A DNA stretch of 64,000 nucleotides, taken from NCBI GenBank assembly GCA_951406725.2, contig OX597839.1:29140001-29204000 (forward strand), in the 5' to 3' direction. The DNA is from Octopus vulgaris (taxonomy: Eukaryota). Of this stretch, positions 36,688-50,700 are shown piece by piece (position 1 is the stretch's first letter; the number at the start of each line of letters is the position of its first letter). Made by a program: the position numbers and the translations under genes. Under the pieces are notes generated by a model, which was not told the DNA's origin, did no database searches, and worked only from the letters and a program-made list of their open reading frames with translations.

Positions 36688-39157
36688 TTCTATTTTTTTT
36701 TTTATTATTTAAAAAAATGCTGATATAAAAGCTTTATCATTGTTCATACGAAGAATTTGCCAGACACGAGATGCGACAGATTATGGGTAGAGTCTAGCAA
36801 ATCGGCTTCCACACAGTTTCCGTCCGTTCAAATTTTGTCACAAGACTTTGGTCCTCTTCTTCTGCCCCACAATGCTCTGGTGGGCAGATGGCCCATTGCC
36901 AATGCGTGTTCTACCTGTTGTGGAAGAGTGATTGAACTCAAGACCTCACGAGTGTAAAGCAAGCAACCTGACCATAAGGCCACACCTGCACGGCGTTTGC
37001 AACAACCACAAAACACACACACACACATCCAAAGAACAACAGAGCAGGTCAGCAGAGGTGAATTTCAATTTACAAACACACAAAAGATAAAATAAAAACA
37101 ACAAACAAACAGACAACCCAAAATTCTGATTTTCTGTTGCCTGGAAACATTGCAAAAATGACCGACTGCAATTTCAATTAAACTAAAAATAATAATAACG
37201 ACAACGACACGGTGATGTAAAACTACAAACATTGACAAAATGACACATCAGCATCACCATCATCACTGTTACCACCATCATCATTGTCATCATCAACAGA
37301 ATGATGTCACGCACATTAGAGACAAAACTCGAATAGTAAGGCTGTTATATCAGCCTCCATTGTCTGTCCTTACACCATGAACGAACAATAACAAGCGCTT
37401 TGCAACAAACAACCCCCCAATTTTACGGTGTTTTGACTCCAGCTGCTGCTTAATGCAAATCGCATATGTTGTTGCGAGACAAAACATCTGGTTTCTCTGT
37501 TTCTTGCTGAAGGTTGACTTCGACAAACAGACGTCAGATATTCAAAGTAATCCCTATTTCCAACAACAACAACCTGTCTGAAAATTTTATTACACACAAC
37601 GTTGAAATACAAAAGCCCTTTGGGATAGTGAATCCGCCTGAGACCAGCCCCCATCCCTTCAAGCCATCTGCTTTTTTTTTTTTAAAGTGTTTACATTTAA
37701 ATCTATATCTTCTGTAATGATGTTTATGTCGGTCACTTTGTTCAGTTGCCAAACGGCTTTAATAATGCATGAATCTCGGTCAGTTTTCGACCATGACTGA
37801 CTGACTGACTGATCAACTGTGCAACTAGGCTTGTTGAATTGGTTTTCAAGTGGCTGAATATTCCACAGACATGTCTACTGTTAATGCAATTCTCAAGTGG
37901 GCTCAGCATCACATAGTGTGGTGTGATAAGGCCATATAATTAACCCTTTAGCATTTAAACTGGCCACTGGATTGGTTTGGATTGCCTATGTGCAGTCCAC
38001 TGCAGGATGAAGGCCTCAGCATGTTCTCTCCACCAACCGTGGTCTGATGTGGAGGCCCTTAATTTGAGCTTACTTCTTTGATGACTCAACTCTTTTACAC
38101 TGGCTTGACATGGCTTGGCCGAGGGGTGCAGTTTTTATGCTCATACCTAGGAGTAGTTCAGTTGATTACATCAACCCCAGTGCTCAACTGGTACTTATTT
38201 TATTGACCCCATAAAGGATGAAAGGCAAAGTCAACCTCGGTAGAATCTGAACTCAGAATGTAAAGCCGGACAAAATGCCCCAAAGCATTTTGCCTGACAT
38301 GTTAACAATTCTACCAGCTCCCCCACCTTATACTGGCCAGATCCAACCCAAATCCTCATTTTATATCTAAACTGGCCAGATCCTAGACCCCCTCCACTCA
38401 AAAAGGAAAAAAAGAATTATTTCTCTTGGAAGTTTATAAATGTACCAACAACATACAATTCCTGCCGATAAGTATAAAGTTTCTAAAAATGGACAAATTC
38501 GAAGGATGTGGGTTCAAGTCCCAAAAGTAGCCTCTGGGTTTTTTGTCCAAAAGGGTTTTCCAACCCAATATTTACATGCTATTCTTTATAGCTTTATGTG
38601 CTTTGAGATTCATTGTTCCAAAAAAAAAAACACAAAGGATAGTACATTTCATAAGAAACGTGGTTACAAAGGGTCAAAGTTGACCCAATAAGGGAGTCAT
38701 TACACATAGTCATTCAATCTGCAACAAAAAGCAGTCAAATCCCTGCTAAACTGCACCCAACTGTTCTTAAGAAATGAAGGACACATTATGTAAAGTAGTC
38801 ATTTTAGATTCACAATGACAGAAAGAAAGTGGAGGAGAGAAAAAGATGGAATATCTTTGACCGTAGGGCTGCTGGCCAGAGCAGACCTAGGGCTAAAAAA
38901 CAACGCCAAGGAAGTGCTTATGCAGTTGCTTGACCTATTAAAAATAGCAGCTGAATCATGCCCAACCTTGTCTATACTTCCCATTATGTAATGAGATGAG
39001 GTTCCATGAGATTAATATTCCAAAGTGTATATGGTATTATAGGATGACATTTTGACATTTTCCTAATGATGGTACCAAGAGGATCAGGTGTGTGTGTGGG
39101 TGTGAATGGTCATCAGCCTCGTAACTAAAGAAAAACCATCATATATATATATATATA

Positions 39158-39560
39158 TCATCATCGTTTAACGTCCGCTTTCCATGCTAGCATGGGTTGG
39201 ACGGTTCGACCGGGGTCTGGGAAGCCAGGAGGCTGCACCAGGCACCAGTCTGATCTGGCAGTGTTCCTACAGCTGGATGCCCTTCCTAATGCCAACCACT
39301 CCATGAGTTTAGTGGGTGTTTTTTACGTGCCACCGGCACAGGAGCCAGCGCAGGCTGGCAAATGGCTACGATCGGTTGGTGCTTTTACGTTTCACCGACA
39401 CGGACGCCAGTCAGGCGGTGATAGCATCTGCCACATTCGGATGGTGCTTTTAATGTGCCACCGGCACGGGTATCTTAAGTACAATTTCCATTTGATTTTC
39501 ATTTTGATGTTGGTGTTAACGTACTTGACTCAATGGGTCTTCTCAAGAACAGCGGGTCAC
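39158..39560 (-). mobile_element. Family C element with about 3 internal units
   Basis: Same tail and GGTGCTTTTACGTGCCACCGGCAC-type units as 16952-17521. Confidence 0.85.
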
Positions 39561-40077
39561 TCTACGATCCAAGGTGTGTGTATACATACATTCATCATTA
39601 TTATTATCACTTAGCACCTATTTTCCATGCTGGCATGGGTTGGGTGGTTTGACAGGAGCTGGCAAGGCTGGAGAGCTGTACTAGGCTCCAATTGTCTGTT
39701 TTGGCATAGTTTCAACGGGTGGATACCCTTCCCAATGCCAATCACCCTGCAGAGTGAACTGGGTGCTATTCATGTGGTACCAAAAAGCAAAAAGCAGAAA
39801 CAAGAAAATGAACTTGTGAGGTGGTGGTGATGGTCGTGGTAGGAATTCTCAAACCAAGGATGCTATTCTGTTATACTGGAGGAATAAGCATTGCTTCATT
39901 CATTTTGGCTTCAAAGAAAAACATGAATAGGGTGACACTTTAAAAAAAATTTTTTTTTAGGGGTTCCGAGACTGTTGACAGAAAAGGTGACCTGACCAGA
40001 ATGTCTGCTACAGAATGGACATAAATCAGTTGAAATAATCTACCTTTGTCTTAATTAGTTCTAGAAATAATGAAAAA

Positions 40078-40467
40078 CTAGCAATATCGCCCGGCGTTGC
40101 TCGGGTTTGTTTCGACCCTTTAGAAATGGAATTTTTGAAAAGTAAAAACTTTGCATTGTGTAGCTTGTTATTCCCATTGAGTGAACATTTTTCTGGTTGA
40201 AATACACCGAAAAATGGTGACTCAGCAGTCAAAAAAACCGTAAAAAATAGGGATTTTCAAAGAAAAAAGCACCTTTTTCATGTAAATAACTTTTGGTGTT
40301 AACATGGTCCAATTTGAATTTTTTCTTCTATGGAAGGAAGAGAAAGACTTCTATCATACTCTCAATTTTGGTCAACTTGCGCCACAGGGTCTCGGAGGAG
40401 ATAGTGTCAGTTGAAGGCTACCGACACCTGCCACACACAGACAACTTCAGTTTTATATAGAGAGAGA
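40078..40467 (-). mobile_element. Non-autonomous Helitron
   Basis: Minus strand A|TCTCTCTATATAAAAC...CCCGAGCAACGCCGGG (hairpin) CGATATTG CTAG|T: 5' TC, 3' hairpin plus CTAG, inserted in AT with no TSD. Confidence 0.85.
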
Positions 40468-42146
40468 TTTATTAAAATACCTGTTATTTTTAAGCAGCTG
40501 TTTGGAACAAACTAACATAATCAAGTTGGTTCGAGCTGTGCAGTAGTGTGTAACAAACTGCACTGACCATGGGATGGAAACCGTGTAGTGTCACGAGATG
40601 TGATGTACGTCCCACAGGACATCTGACATACCAATTCAAGTCCGGCCATACAGCTTCGTTTACTACACCTCCCACTCCACTCCTGGTGGGTGGGCAACAG
40701 TTTCATAGAGTGAACCAAGTGATATCCCTTTGATGTGGAAACAGATGAAGAACAAATTTGCTTTTAACTCCTGCCAACCATCCAATCAACCAACCAACCC
40801 AATGCAAAGCTGAACCAAATCAACAGAGATTTACCCAACACTGATCATCTGATTATGTTGCCGTGACAACAGTACTAATTTTAGAGAGAAATCACAATAA
40901 TACAATAACTATTTAGATGGGCAAATATATTTTAGCTTGATAAATATATTTATTGATGTGTTCTAGTAATAAGACGGAAATGTAGGCCACAAGTTTTAGC
41001 AAAGATGATTGATTTTTATGCTATTTTAGTGGGTGTGTAGCTGTTGTCTTTACTCAGAGTAAATATGTGTGCGTGTGAGCAGGAGTACAATGTTAATCTG
41101 ATACCGTTATACTCCCAGTTGGCGAAACAGCAGAGGTGGTAGAGCATCAGATGAAAGGCTACGTGTCACATGCTCTGGCTCCTTTCATGCTGAATTCAAG
41201 TCCCACCAAGTCTGGCTTTGCCCTTCATCATTCCAAAGTCAATAAAATAAAAGCATCAGTTTTCCACTACACAGCCTGGGTGGGTGGGTGAGGGGTTAAG
41301 ATGATGGATGGAAACTATGCAGAAGCCTACAGTATATATATGTGTGCGTGTGTGTGTACAAGGTAAGAAGTTTGCTTCCCAGTCACATGGTACCTTGGGC
41401 AAGTGTCTCATGCTACAACTTCAAGTGGATCAAAGCCTTATGAGTAGTTTCACTTCCAATTCCAGGGCTTTGGTTGGCCCTGGGTTATAGTTGCAGAGAG
41501 ACTGAACCTGGAATCATATTGGTGACAAGCAATCGTCTTACCACACTGCCACGTCTGTGCCTAGCCATGCCATGCCAATATATATATAAAGACAAGGCAC
41601 AAATAAGGGTCATAGTTTTCTTTACTGTAGTAAATTTGACATGTTTACATTCCCCCTGAGATATATATCTATAATAATAAAAGCAAAATTCTGTCCGTCC
41701 GTCCAGGATGATCCTAAGATTGAAAATCTGCCCTTCATTTGGTTCTTGAACACCTAGCATTAAAAGCATTTGGGTTGCTATTTCTAGCACGTAGAGCTCG
41801 GCTGATCCACACCATCTTGTTCTGCATTTGTCAGAGATCAAGGGGGGGGGGGAGGGAGATAAATGACATTCACTTCATTAATTTTATGCCGACGAAAGAA
41901 CTTTGGGACAAATTGGCCAACAGTTGGAATTCAACTTGGGACTGGAACAATAGAATGGTTGCATTACAGAATTAATTCTCATCCATCCTTAACCCCTGAT
42001 CAAACACCACCAGGGCATTTAGCTCTGTTTAGTTTTGGGCTGCAAGACCAATTAGCCTTCTGCAGGAACTAGCTTAAAAATATATACTTTTAAGCTATTA
42101 TATATGAGTGTGTGTGTGCACATGCACACATATATACATATGTATA

Positions 42147-42207
<61 letters not shown>

Positions 42208-42394
42208 TATGTTGGAGCATTGAACTCAACATGTTTTTCTTCATTTTCTCTCTATTTATTTCCTCTTATTCCTTTCTGTCAAAGAGCCTAGGCTTAAAAT
42301 GTAAAAGACTTTTTCATTTTTCCTGAGTGTCAAACTAATACACTTGCTTGTTGTTCCTAAACCTGTCTACATCTTTTGTTTATCTATAAATTTC

Positions 42395-42430
<36 letters not shown>

Positions 42431-43319
42431 TAGAAGGTTTGGAGATGATGTACAGGTATTTTATATTACAAGAAATGAGGTACTCAGAAATTCGGATGGT
42501 TTTATATTTACAGATATTTATATGTATATTACATGTTTTTATACATCATATAACTTATATCATGTATTAGCGTTTTCGTCCATTCTAGTGACACACACAC
42601 ACACACATTTATATATATATCTGTTGTGACATGAAGGCAAAAGCTGTTAAACTTCAACAGAAAGCCAGTGCTCTGTAAACAATGACCCAGTGACTTACAG
42701 ACGCTGCCTTGTCCTCCTTGTCAGCACAAAAACACAACAGAATGAACCAGACACAGGGTTGCTGGGGACGTGTAAACTTTTGTGACATCATATGACATCA
42801 TTCTTCACAAAATTACAACATAAATTAAAATAATTAAGGCCTTTCTTAAGAACACAGTGCCCATGTTTGAAGCAATGCTCGACTAAATTTAGCAAAGAAT
42901 AATAAGGCTGCTTTGCTTTCCCACTGTTAACCGACAAAGAAACCCAGCAGACCTCTCCACCGACCCCACAAACACACATGCACCACATATGATATTTATA
43001 TTAAAATAGGTCATGTTAAGTATGTATTTAACAGAATATACAAGCTCCCCCCCCCCCCGTTTTAAAATTTATTTTTAGCTTCACACTAATGCTCTTTCAG
43101 CTGCCAGTGAAGCATGACAAATTAAGGTAGAAAGGCCGAAGAAGGAAAGAGAAAGGAACGAAATGAGCAAGATTATTAAAGGAAAGAGGCAGCATTATTG
43201 CTGCTGTTGTTGCTGTTGTTGTTGTTGCATTTCTTCTTCCTGTTCTCCAGATAAGATATCACAACAGAACACCTGTACTTCCCTTGGAAATTACACATTT
43301 AGTAAGACATAAGACTAAC

Positions 43320-43660
43320 AGAGAGAGAGAGAGAGAGACGTGGGTGTGTGAGAGAGAGAGAGAGACAGACGTGGGTGTGTGAGAGAGAGAGAGAGAGGTG
43401 GAATGTGGGACGAAAGAGAAGAGAGATGAGGGAGAGAGAAGGACATGTGGGATGAAAGAGAGGAGAGAGACGTGGGAGAGAGAGAGAGGAAGAATGTGGG
43501 ATGAAAGAGAGGAGAGATGAGGGAGAGAGAGAGAGAGAAATGTGGGATGAAAGAGAGGAGAGAAAGACATGGGATGAGAGAAAGAGGGGAGAGATGAAGG
43601 AGAGAGAGAGAAAAAGAAATTGTAAGGAGTGGCAAGGAGAGAGAGAGAGAGAGAGAGAGC
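43320..43660. repeat. (GA)-rich compound minisatellite
   Basis: Recurring ATGTGGGATGAAAGAGAGGAGAGA / GACGTGGG units among (GA)n. Confidence 0.85.
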
Positions 43661-43748
43661 AAAGGCAGGTGGATTTATTTCTATGCAGGTACCTTTGCAT
43701 GCCTTCACAATATAAGAATCACCAAAATATTTCACATGAGTGTGTGTG

Positions 43749-43799
<51 letters not shown>

Positions 43800-44265
43800 T
43801 TGCATATTTTCATGTACACACACATCAAGTCACTCACAACTCCATACACACCACTACAGTTCTTATTTTGGTGCAATTGCAACATGCTCACATGTACGTG
43901 CACATATGCACACTTGTATACAATGTGGGTTCTATTAAAGTTTGACATACAAAATCATTGAAGCCCTCCATAAGTACATACGTGATATACAAGATGTACA
44001 GTGTGGGGGGCATGTGGGAATGTGTATATGTGTGTGTGCACGTGTGCGCTCCTACATTTTGATGAGCTCTATCGACCAACTTGGATACCGACATGGAGAA
44101 TTAGTATCCACTGTATTCAACAAAGAACATTTCTATACTACCAAAGTGAATATACCTAAATATATACATATTTCCTCTATTTACATAATATTGAGGTCTC
44201 TTTCTTTCTTTTGTTATCTTACCGTTTTACCAATAAATATATACATATATATAAAGCCATACAAG

Positions 44266-44515
44266 AAAAAATTCAAATCGGACCATGTTAACGCCAAAAA
44301 TTATTTACACCACAAAAGTGCTATTTTTTTTCTATGAAAATCCCTATTTTTTATGATTTTTTGACTGCTGTGTTGCCATTTTTCGGTGTATTTCAACCAG
44401 AAAAATGTTCACTTAAAGAGAATAACAAGCTACATAATGGAAAATTTTTACTTTTCAAAAATTCCAATTCTAAAGGGTCGAAACAAACCCAAGCAATGCC
44501 GGATGATACTGCTAG
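44266..44515 (+). mobile_element. 5'-truncated copy of the same Helitron
   Basis: Reverse-complement match to 40078-40325; ends CCCAAGCAATGCCGGATGATACTGCTAG|T. Confidence 0.85.
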
Positions 44516-44553
44516 TTATATATATATATATATATATATATAAGTAAACACAC

Positions 44554-44772
44554 ATGAGCGGGTGTTGCAAAGTTCCTGGTTGTGGGTAAAAAAAAAAAAT
44601 ACAGGCAGATCAGTTAATTATGATTTTATCCAAAATATTCCCCTCTCAGATTCACACACTTATAGCAGCAGTCCTTTAGTTTTTCTAAGCCCTGTAAAAG
44701 AACTGGCGAGGATGGGCCTCCACCCAGGCCTTTTGTGATACCCTTAAAACCAGGAACTTTCCATTGCTTTTA
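44554..44772. mobile_element. Decayed mariner-type MITE
   Basis: GGTGTTGCAAAGTTCCTGG ... CCAGGAACTTTCCA inverted ends; sister copy at about 46540-46737. Confidence 0.65.
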
Positions 44773-45194
44773 TTTATGTCAAGTTATGATAAAACCAATT
44801 TAACATTAAGCTGAAGAATTATTCTACTTTTTGTAGAATACATGTTTATTAAAGTTTTGTAAGAAGGGTGACAGTAACTTTGAAGTTCCCTCTTGCTAAC
44901 ATACATACGTGTATATATATATACATACATACCACAAACTTCTTTCAGTTTTTGTGTATGTCTTTGTGTCTGTGTTTGTCCCCAACCACCAATTGACAAC
45001 CTGTGTTGGTGCGTTTACATCCCCATAACTTAGCAGTGTGGCAAAAGAGACTGATAGAATAAGTACTAAGCCTATAAAATCAACATCCTGGGGTCGATTT
45101 GTTCAACTAAAACCCTTCAAAGCAGTGCCCAAGCATGGCTGCAGTCAAACAACTGAAGATATAATTATACATATATATATTATATCTTGTTAAA

Positions 45195-45244
<50 letters not shown>

Positions 45245-45900
45245 CACACACACAGTTTTAGTCCAGCAATTTGTATGTTTTGTATAAAACTTCAAAGAAG
45301 CCAATTTGTGTCATACACACACACACAAACACACACAGAAATATGTACAAACACATACATACATGCTCTACGTCGGACACAAACACATATAATATAATAA
45401 TAATAATTGTCATGTTTCTCATGGCTGATGCCCCTGGGTGAATGAGTGTATGTGTGTTTGCGTGTGAGTATCTGCATGTGTGTGCTTGCGTGTGTATGAT
45501 AATTTGTGCGCAGAGGTTACGTTTCCTTGTTAACCCACATCTCAGTAACTGTAGACGCTTCAATGTCACCAAAAGCATACAACAACCCCAGAGGTATTCT
45601 CCGGAGTATTTACTAATGTTTTTGTAGTTCCAGAATTGCCACAGCAATTTCTGAAATGTCAAACTGGTTTCATGAACTTTCAAAACATTGTCAATGCTGT
45701 TTGCGTTTTGTTTGTCTGTTTTTCACGTTTTTATATCTTGAGCTATTTAAAACCATAAATGTATTGTTATAGCTGTTGTTGTCATCCAAGGTCAATCCTG
45801 AACAAGCAAGACCTCTACTGGCATGCACATTCCAGCCATGACCCTTCCATCTGTTTCTTATATGTAGGAAACCAATGCTGATATTATTTGATGTATCTCT

Positions 45901-46131
45901 TATTTCTTAATTGCCCACAAGGGGCTAAAAATAGAGGGGATAAGCAAGGACAGACAAATGGATTAAGTCGATTATATTGACCCCAGTGCGTAACTGGTAC
46001 TTAATTTATTGACCCCGAAAGAATGAAAGGCAAAGTCAACCTTGGTGGAATTTGAACTCAGAACGTAGTGGCAGATGAAATACCACTAAGCGTTTCTCCC
46101 TGTGTACTAATGTTTCTGCCAGCTCACCGCC
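45901..46131 (-). mobile_element. Family B SINE (alternative tail) with 17-bp TSD
   Basis: TTATTTGATGTATCTCT (45884-45900) / TTATTTGATGCGTCTCT (46132-46148). Confidence 0.85.
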
Positions 46132-47102
46132 TTATTTGATGCGTCTCTGTCCACAACGACATGGCATGATTTGAGGGTGATTTGGTTGCAATTTCTAACA
46201 TGGTTCTGAACAGGCAAGACCTCTGTTCTCAAGCACATTCCAGTCACGACTCTCCCATCTGTCTCCTACATGTAGGAAAACAATAACAACATTATTTGAT
46301 GTGCCTTTGTTCACAATGGTGTAGCATGATTTGAAGGAAATTTGGCTGCAATTTCTAGCAGGTCAAGCTACCATGTAGAAACTTCCTCAGTGGCATGTTA
46401 TAATTGTTGTTGTTACTGCTAACCTAGCTGCTGCTGCTGTTGCATTCAGGTCATTAAACAGGCGTATATATCATATACTACAAAAGGCAGATTTTCTCTG
46501 TCTGTGACTATGTTTAATATATACAATAATTAACCAAGGTGTGGAATGGTTGTTGTGGGTACATGACACGAGAAAGAACACAATACTACACACAAGATAT
46601 TCCCCTCTCAGTTTCACAAACTTATTCCAGCGGTCCTTCAGTTTTTCTAAGCCTAATAAGGAACTCGGAAGGTTGGGCCCCCAATCAGGCCTTTCGTGAT
46701 ACCCTTAAAACCGGGAACTTTTCAGCGCCCCTTTATATAAATACATACATATAAACATATATATATATATATAATACCTAACATTTGCAGTCCATACCAT
46801 AATGTATGCAGATAACTTTGTAGGGGGGGGGGGGAGACAATGGAGATGGTCTCTCTGTTGTGTGTGTGAGAGAGAGTGAATGTATGGGAATATGTGTGTG
46901 AGAGTGAGTGAGCGTGTGTGTCTGCGTGTGAATGAACATGTGTGTTTGAGAGTGAGTGTTGTGTGTATGTGAGTGTAAGTGAATGTGTATGTCTGAGTGT
47001 GAATGAATGTGTGTGTTTGAGAGTGAGTGAGCGTGTGTATGTCTATGAGAGTGAGTGTGTGTATGTGAGTGTAAGTGAATGTGTGCATGGGTGTGCATGA
47101 AT

Positions 47103-47146
<44 letters not shown>

Positions 47147-47684
47147 ACATGCGACTGATCATTTATTGCGAAACCCAATCCAAACCACTTCTGGCAAATT
47201 CACAAAGTCATCGTCTTCTCTTACGCTCCAATCATGGACACTGTGTAATGAGCTGAAATTTCAGCCACTTAGCAGGGGCGTGGGGGTGGGGGTGGTGGTG
47301 GTTGTCAAGAAATTTCTAGACAACTACTTCATACTTTCCATTGATGTGTGACATTTCTGTATTTAGCCCTCAGGGTTATTGTCATGGATCATTGATTTCT
47401 TTTTCCATTTCTCAGATTTCCACATCACACCTTTTATATCTAACAACTCACAGAAACCTGTGTGTATATAATATTATAGTGTGTGCATGTGTGTCTATCT
47501 ATCTATCTATCTATCTATCTATATATATATATATATACTTTATTTAAAGCAGCTGAAAATTCAATGGGAAACTCAGAGTAACAGGTTTTGTTGAATTTTC
47601 TGCTGCTTTGAATAAAGCATATTACTCAACCTCTGGTATTTGAGTACTCTTTTTTTCCACCTTGTTTCACATTTATGTGTTTAC

Positions 47685-47738
<54 letters not shown>

Positions 47739-50700
47739 ATATATTCATTGATGTATATATGTATATATATGTGTGTGTGCACACTATAGTACATGTGACA
47801 TTTCATTTAAAGCACCTGTGTTGGTGCCACATAAGAAAAAGCACCTGTGTTGGTGCCATGTAACACCCACGTCAGTGCCACATAAAAAGCACCCAACACA
47901 CTCTTGAAAGTGGTTGGTGTTAGGAAGGGCATCCAGCCATAGAAACCATATCAAAACAGACAACAGGAGCCTAGGGCAGCTCCCTGGCTTGCCAGTTCCT
48001 GTCAAAGCATCCAACCCATGCCAGCATTGAAAACGGACATAAAATGATGATATACATACATGGATTCTATGAATGAATCCAGCTGTCTTTTGGAATCTCA
48101 GTTACAGCAGTAATGTTGGAATGAATTGTCTGAGGGGGACATTCTATGATGTCCTCCTTTGTGTCAACCCGTACCTGCTTCCAAGAAAGGTAATATTTCC
48201 CCCATGGCCAGACATGTTCTTCAAAGAAGATTGGAAACAAATGACACTGCTTGTATGACGGTGACACCCGTTTACAATTATCACATAAAGCCAAGGCAAG
48301 GAGACAGTAATACATGCATATACTCATCCATACATATAGCTATGTCACTTTTTAAAGTTATCCCTAAATATTTTCTGCAGAAATTAGAGCCAGCACTGAC
48401 AGTTACATTTCATACACATTCATGTCTATGTAAACAATGTGATCGAATATAGAAAAATATGTCACGGGTGTACATGCACATTTCAGGAGTTATTGCTCTT
48501 TTTTCAGCAGCACATCTAACTTATTATTGCATAACGAAGTATGGTGTTCCTCCCAGCAATTAATACATATATATAACAGGCCTCTTTCGGTTTCCATCAA
48601 CCAAATCTACTCCCTAGGTGCCCCATGGTGGGACTGAACCTGAAACAACAAAGAAATATCCAGCTGCTGAACATTATCTCAGTAAGATTTTGCAGCAGAC
48701 ATTCAGGATATGCTATTATTTCCTCAAAATAACCACAATAATTTCAAAGACTGACTCAGTTAATTCTTTGACTGTCCTGTGCTTCTTTTGTAATACACTA
48801 GAGAAGGCGATGACCAATGACCAGGACCCTTTGTAGGGCAACCAAGAGTGGTTGAAGGGTGCAAGGGAGTTGTCTGAGAGGCTTGAAAGCTTGCAACAGA
48901 GTTGGGTTGGCCAAAGACAACCACAAATATGAGGGGGTAGGCTAAGTCTACCACTTATGTAGGATGTGGCAGGATTTGAACTTAGAAAGTAGAGAACTGG
49001 AACAAACAGAGCAGGGTTTGTGGTTCAATGTTCTTACATTTCTGCCAACCCTCAATGCTGGATGGGTACCTCTTTCTTTTTTTTTATCATTATCTCACAA
49101 AACAATGAAATGTAAATTGGACAGAGGTAGGATTTGAACACAGAATGCTGAAAGTCAGAGAAAATATCGTGAACTATTTTATCCTAAACTCTAATTTATC
49201 ACATAGAAAACGAGCTGATGATGATGATGATGAGGAAGAGGAGGATGGTGATGACAATGGTGATGAAAATGGTGGTGATAATGATAATAATAATGATGGT
49301 GATAATGTATTTATACACACACACACACATATATATCGCCATCATTATCATGGTGAGGACAATGATGACGGTGATAAGATGGTGGTGATGACAATGATGA
49401 TGATAAGGCTGATAATGATGGTGATGATGACAACGACTACAGTAATTACGATAAGACAGAAATAGACACCCAAACACATGCGGCACTGTTCAAACGCATT
49501 TTATTTTGACTTTTATTCATTTTGTAATTTTTATTTTAATTCCCATTTAACTGTTTGTTGTGAAGCTCTGCTTTAAAAACCAAAGACATAAAGCGCCATA
49601 ATTGTTACAAATTATACAATTTTAAGAGCATTAAGCATTCACCATATTCTTCACAGAAAATATGCAAAACTAAACGACACTGTGTTTGCTTCACACACAC
49701 ACACACGTATATGTCTGTGTTGTATATTGTAAGAAATTAGAACATCGTACCTTGTGGCCGCAGCGTGAAAGTGGGCCATTTACAAATAAATATACGAGGA
49801 AAAAATTTTTCTCTGAATTCCATCTATCTTTCTACCAGTCGCAGACTGTTTACAAATTAAAGAATCAACTGCAAACGACGCAGCAGCTTGGTGCATATAT
49901 TGCAGCAGAAAACTAATGGTCTTTGACAATCAATACATAACAAGATTGCTGGACGTCACACACACACACACGTGCGTACATGGATACGCATATGCACACA
50001 CACACACACACACACTCTCTCTCTCTCTCTTGCATTTTCTTTTTATAGTGGCTAATTATTCCCTCCTGACACAAATTTAGGCAGCAAACAAAATAATATA
50101 AACACACACACATACAAATAGGCAGAGGTTCAGCTATGTGGTAAGAAGCTTGCTTCCCAATCACCTGGTTCTGGGTTCAGTCCCTCTGCGTGGCACCTTG
50201 GACAAGTGTCTTCTACTAGAGCTTCGGGTTGACCAAAGCCTTGTGAGTGGATTTGGTAGACGGAAACTGAAAGAAGCCTGTTGTGTGTGCCTGTGTGTGT
50301 ATGTATGTATGTGTGTGTAAATACAGACATGCATGTAATTCTCTAATTATTTATGAATGCATGTATGTATGGATGGATGGATGAAGATGCATGGCTAAAT
50401 GATTAGGATATTCAGCTCAGAATTGTAAGGTAATGAGTTCAATTCCAAGCAGCATATTATGTCCTTGGGCAAGACACTTCATTTCACATTGCTCCAATCT
50501 ACTCAGATGGCGAAAATAAGTTATACCTGTAATTCAAAAGGGCCAGCCTCGTCACATTTTGTGTCACGCTGAATCTCCCTGTCAGCTACATTAAGGCGAC
50601 ATATGTCTATGGAATACTCGACCACTTCCACAAGCAGGCTATTCCATTGGTTGAATCAACAGGAACCCTTATTGTCGTAACCGACAGAAAGCCAGGCTGA

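Noticed and set aside
43259-43961. Long S/L/H-rich or R/E-rich ORFs (and the many VC, IY and HT ORFs elsewhere)
   Set aside because: Microsatellite translations.
45500-45690. Missing GRK exon 2 or 3
   Set aside because: Unique sequence, but no minus-strand frame I translated resembles GRK2 residues 39-88.
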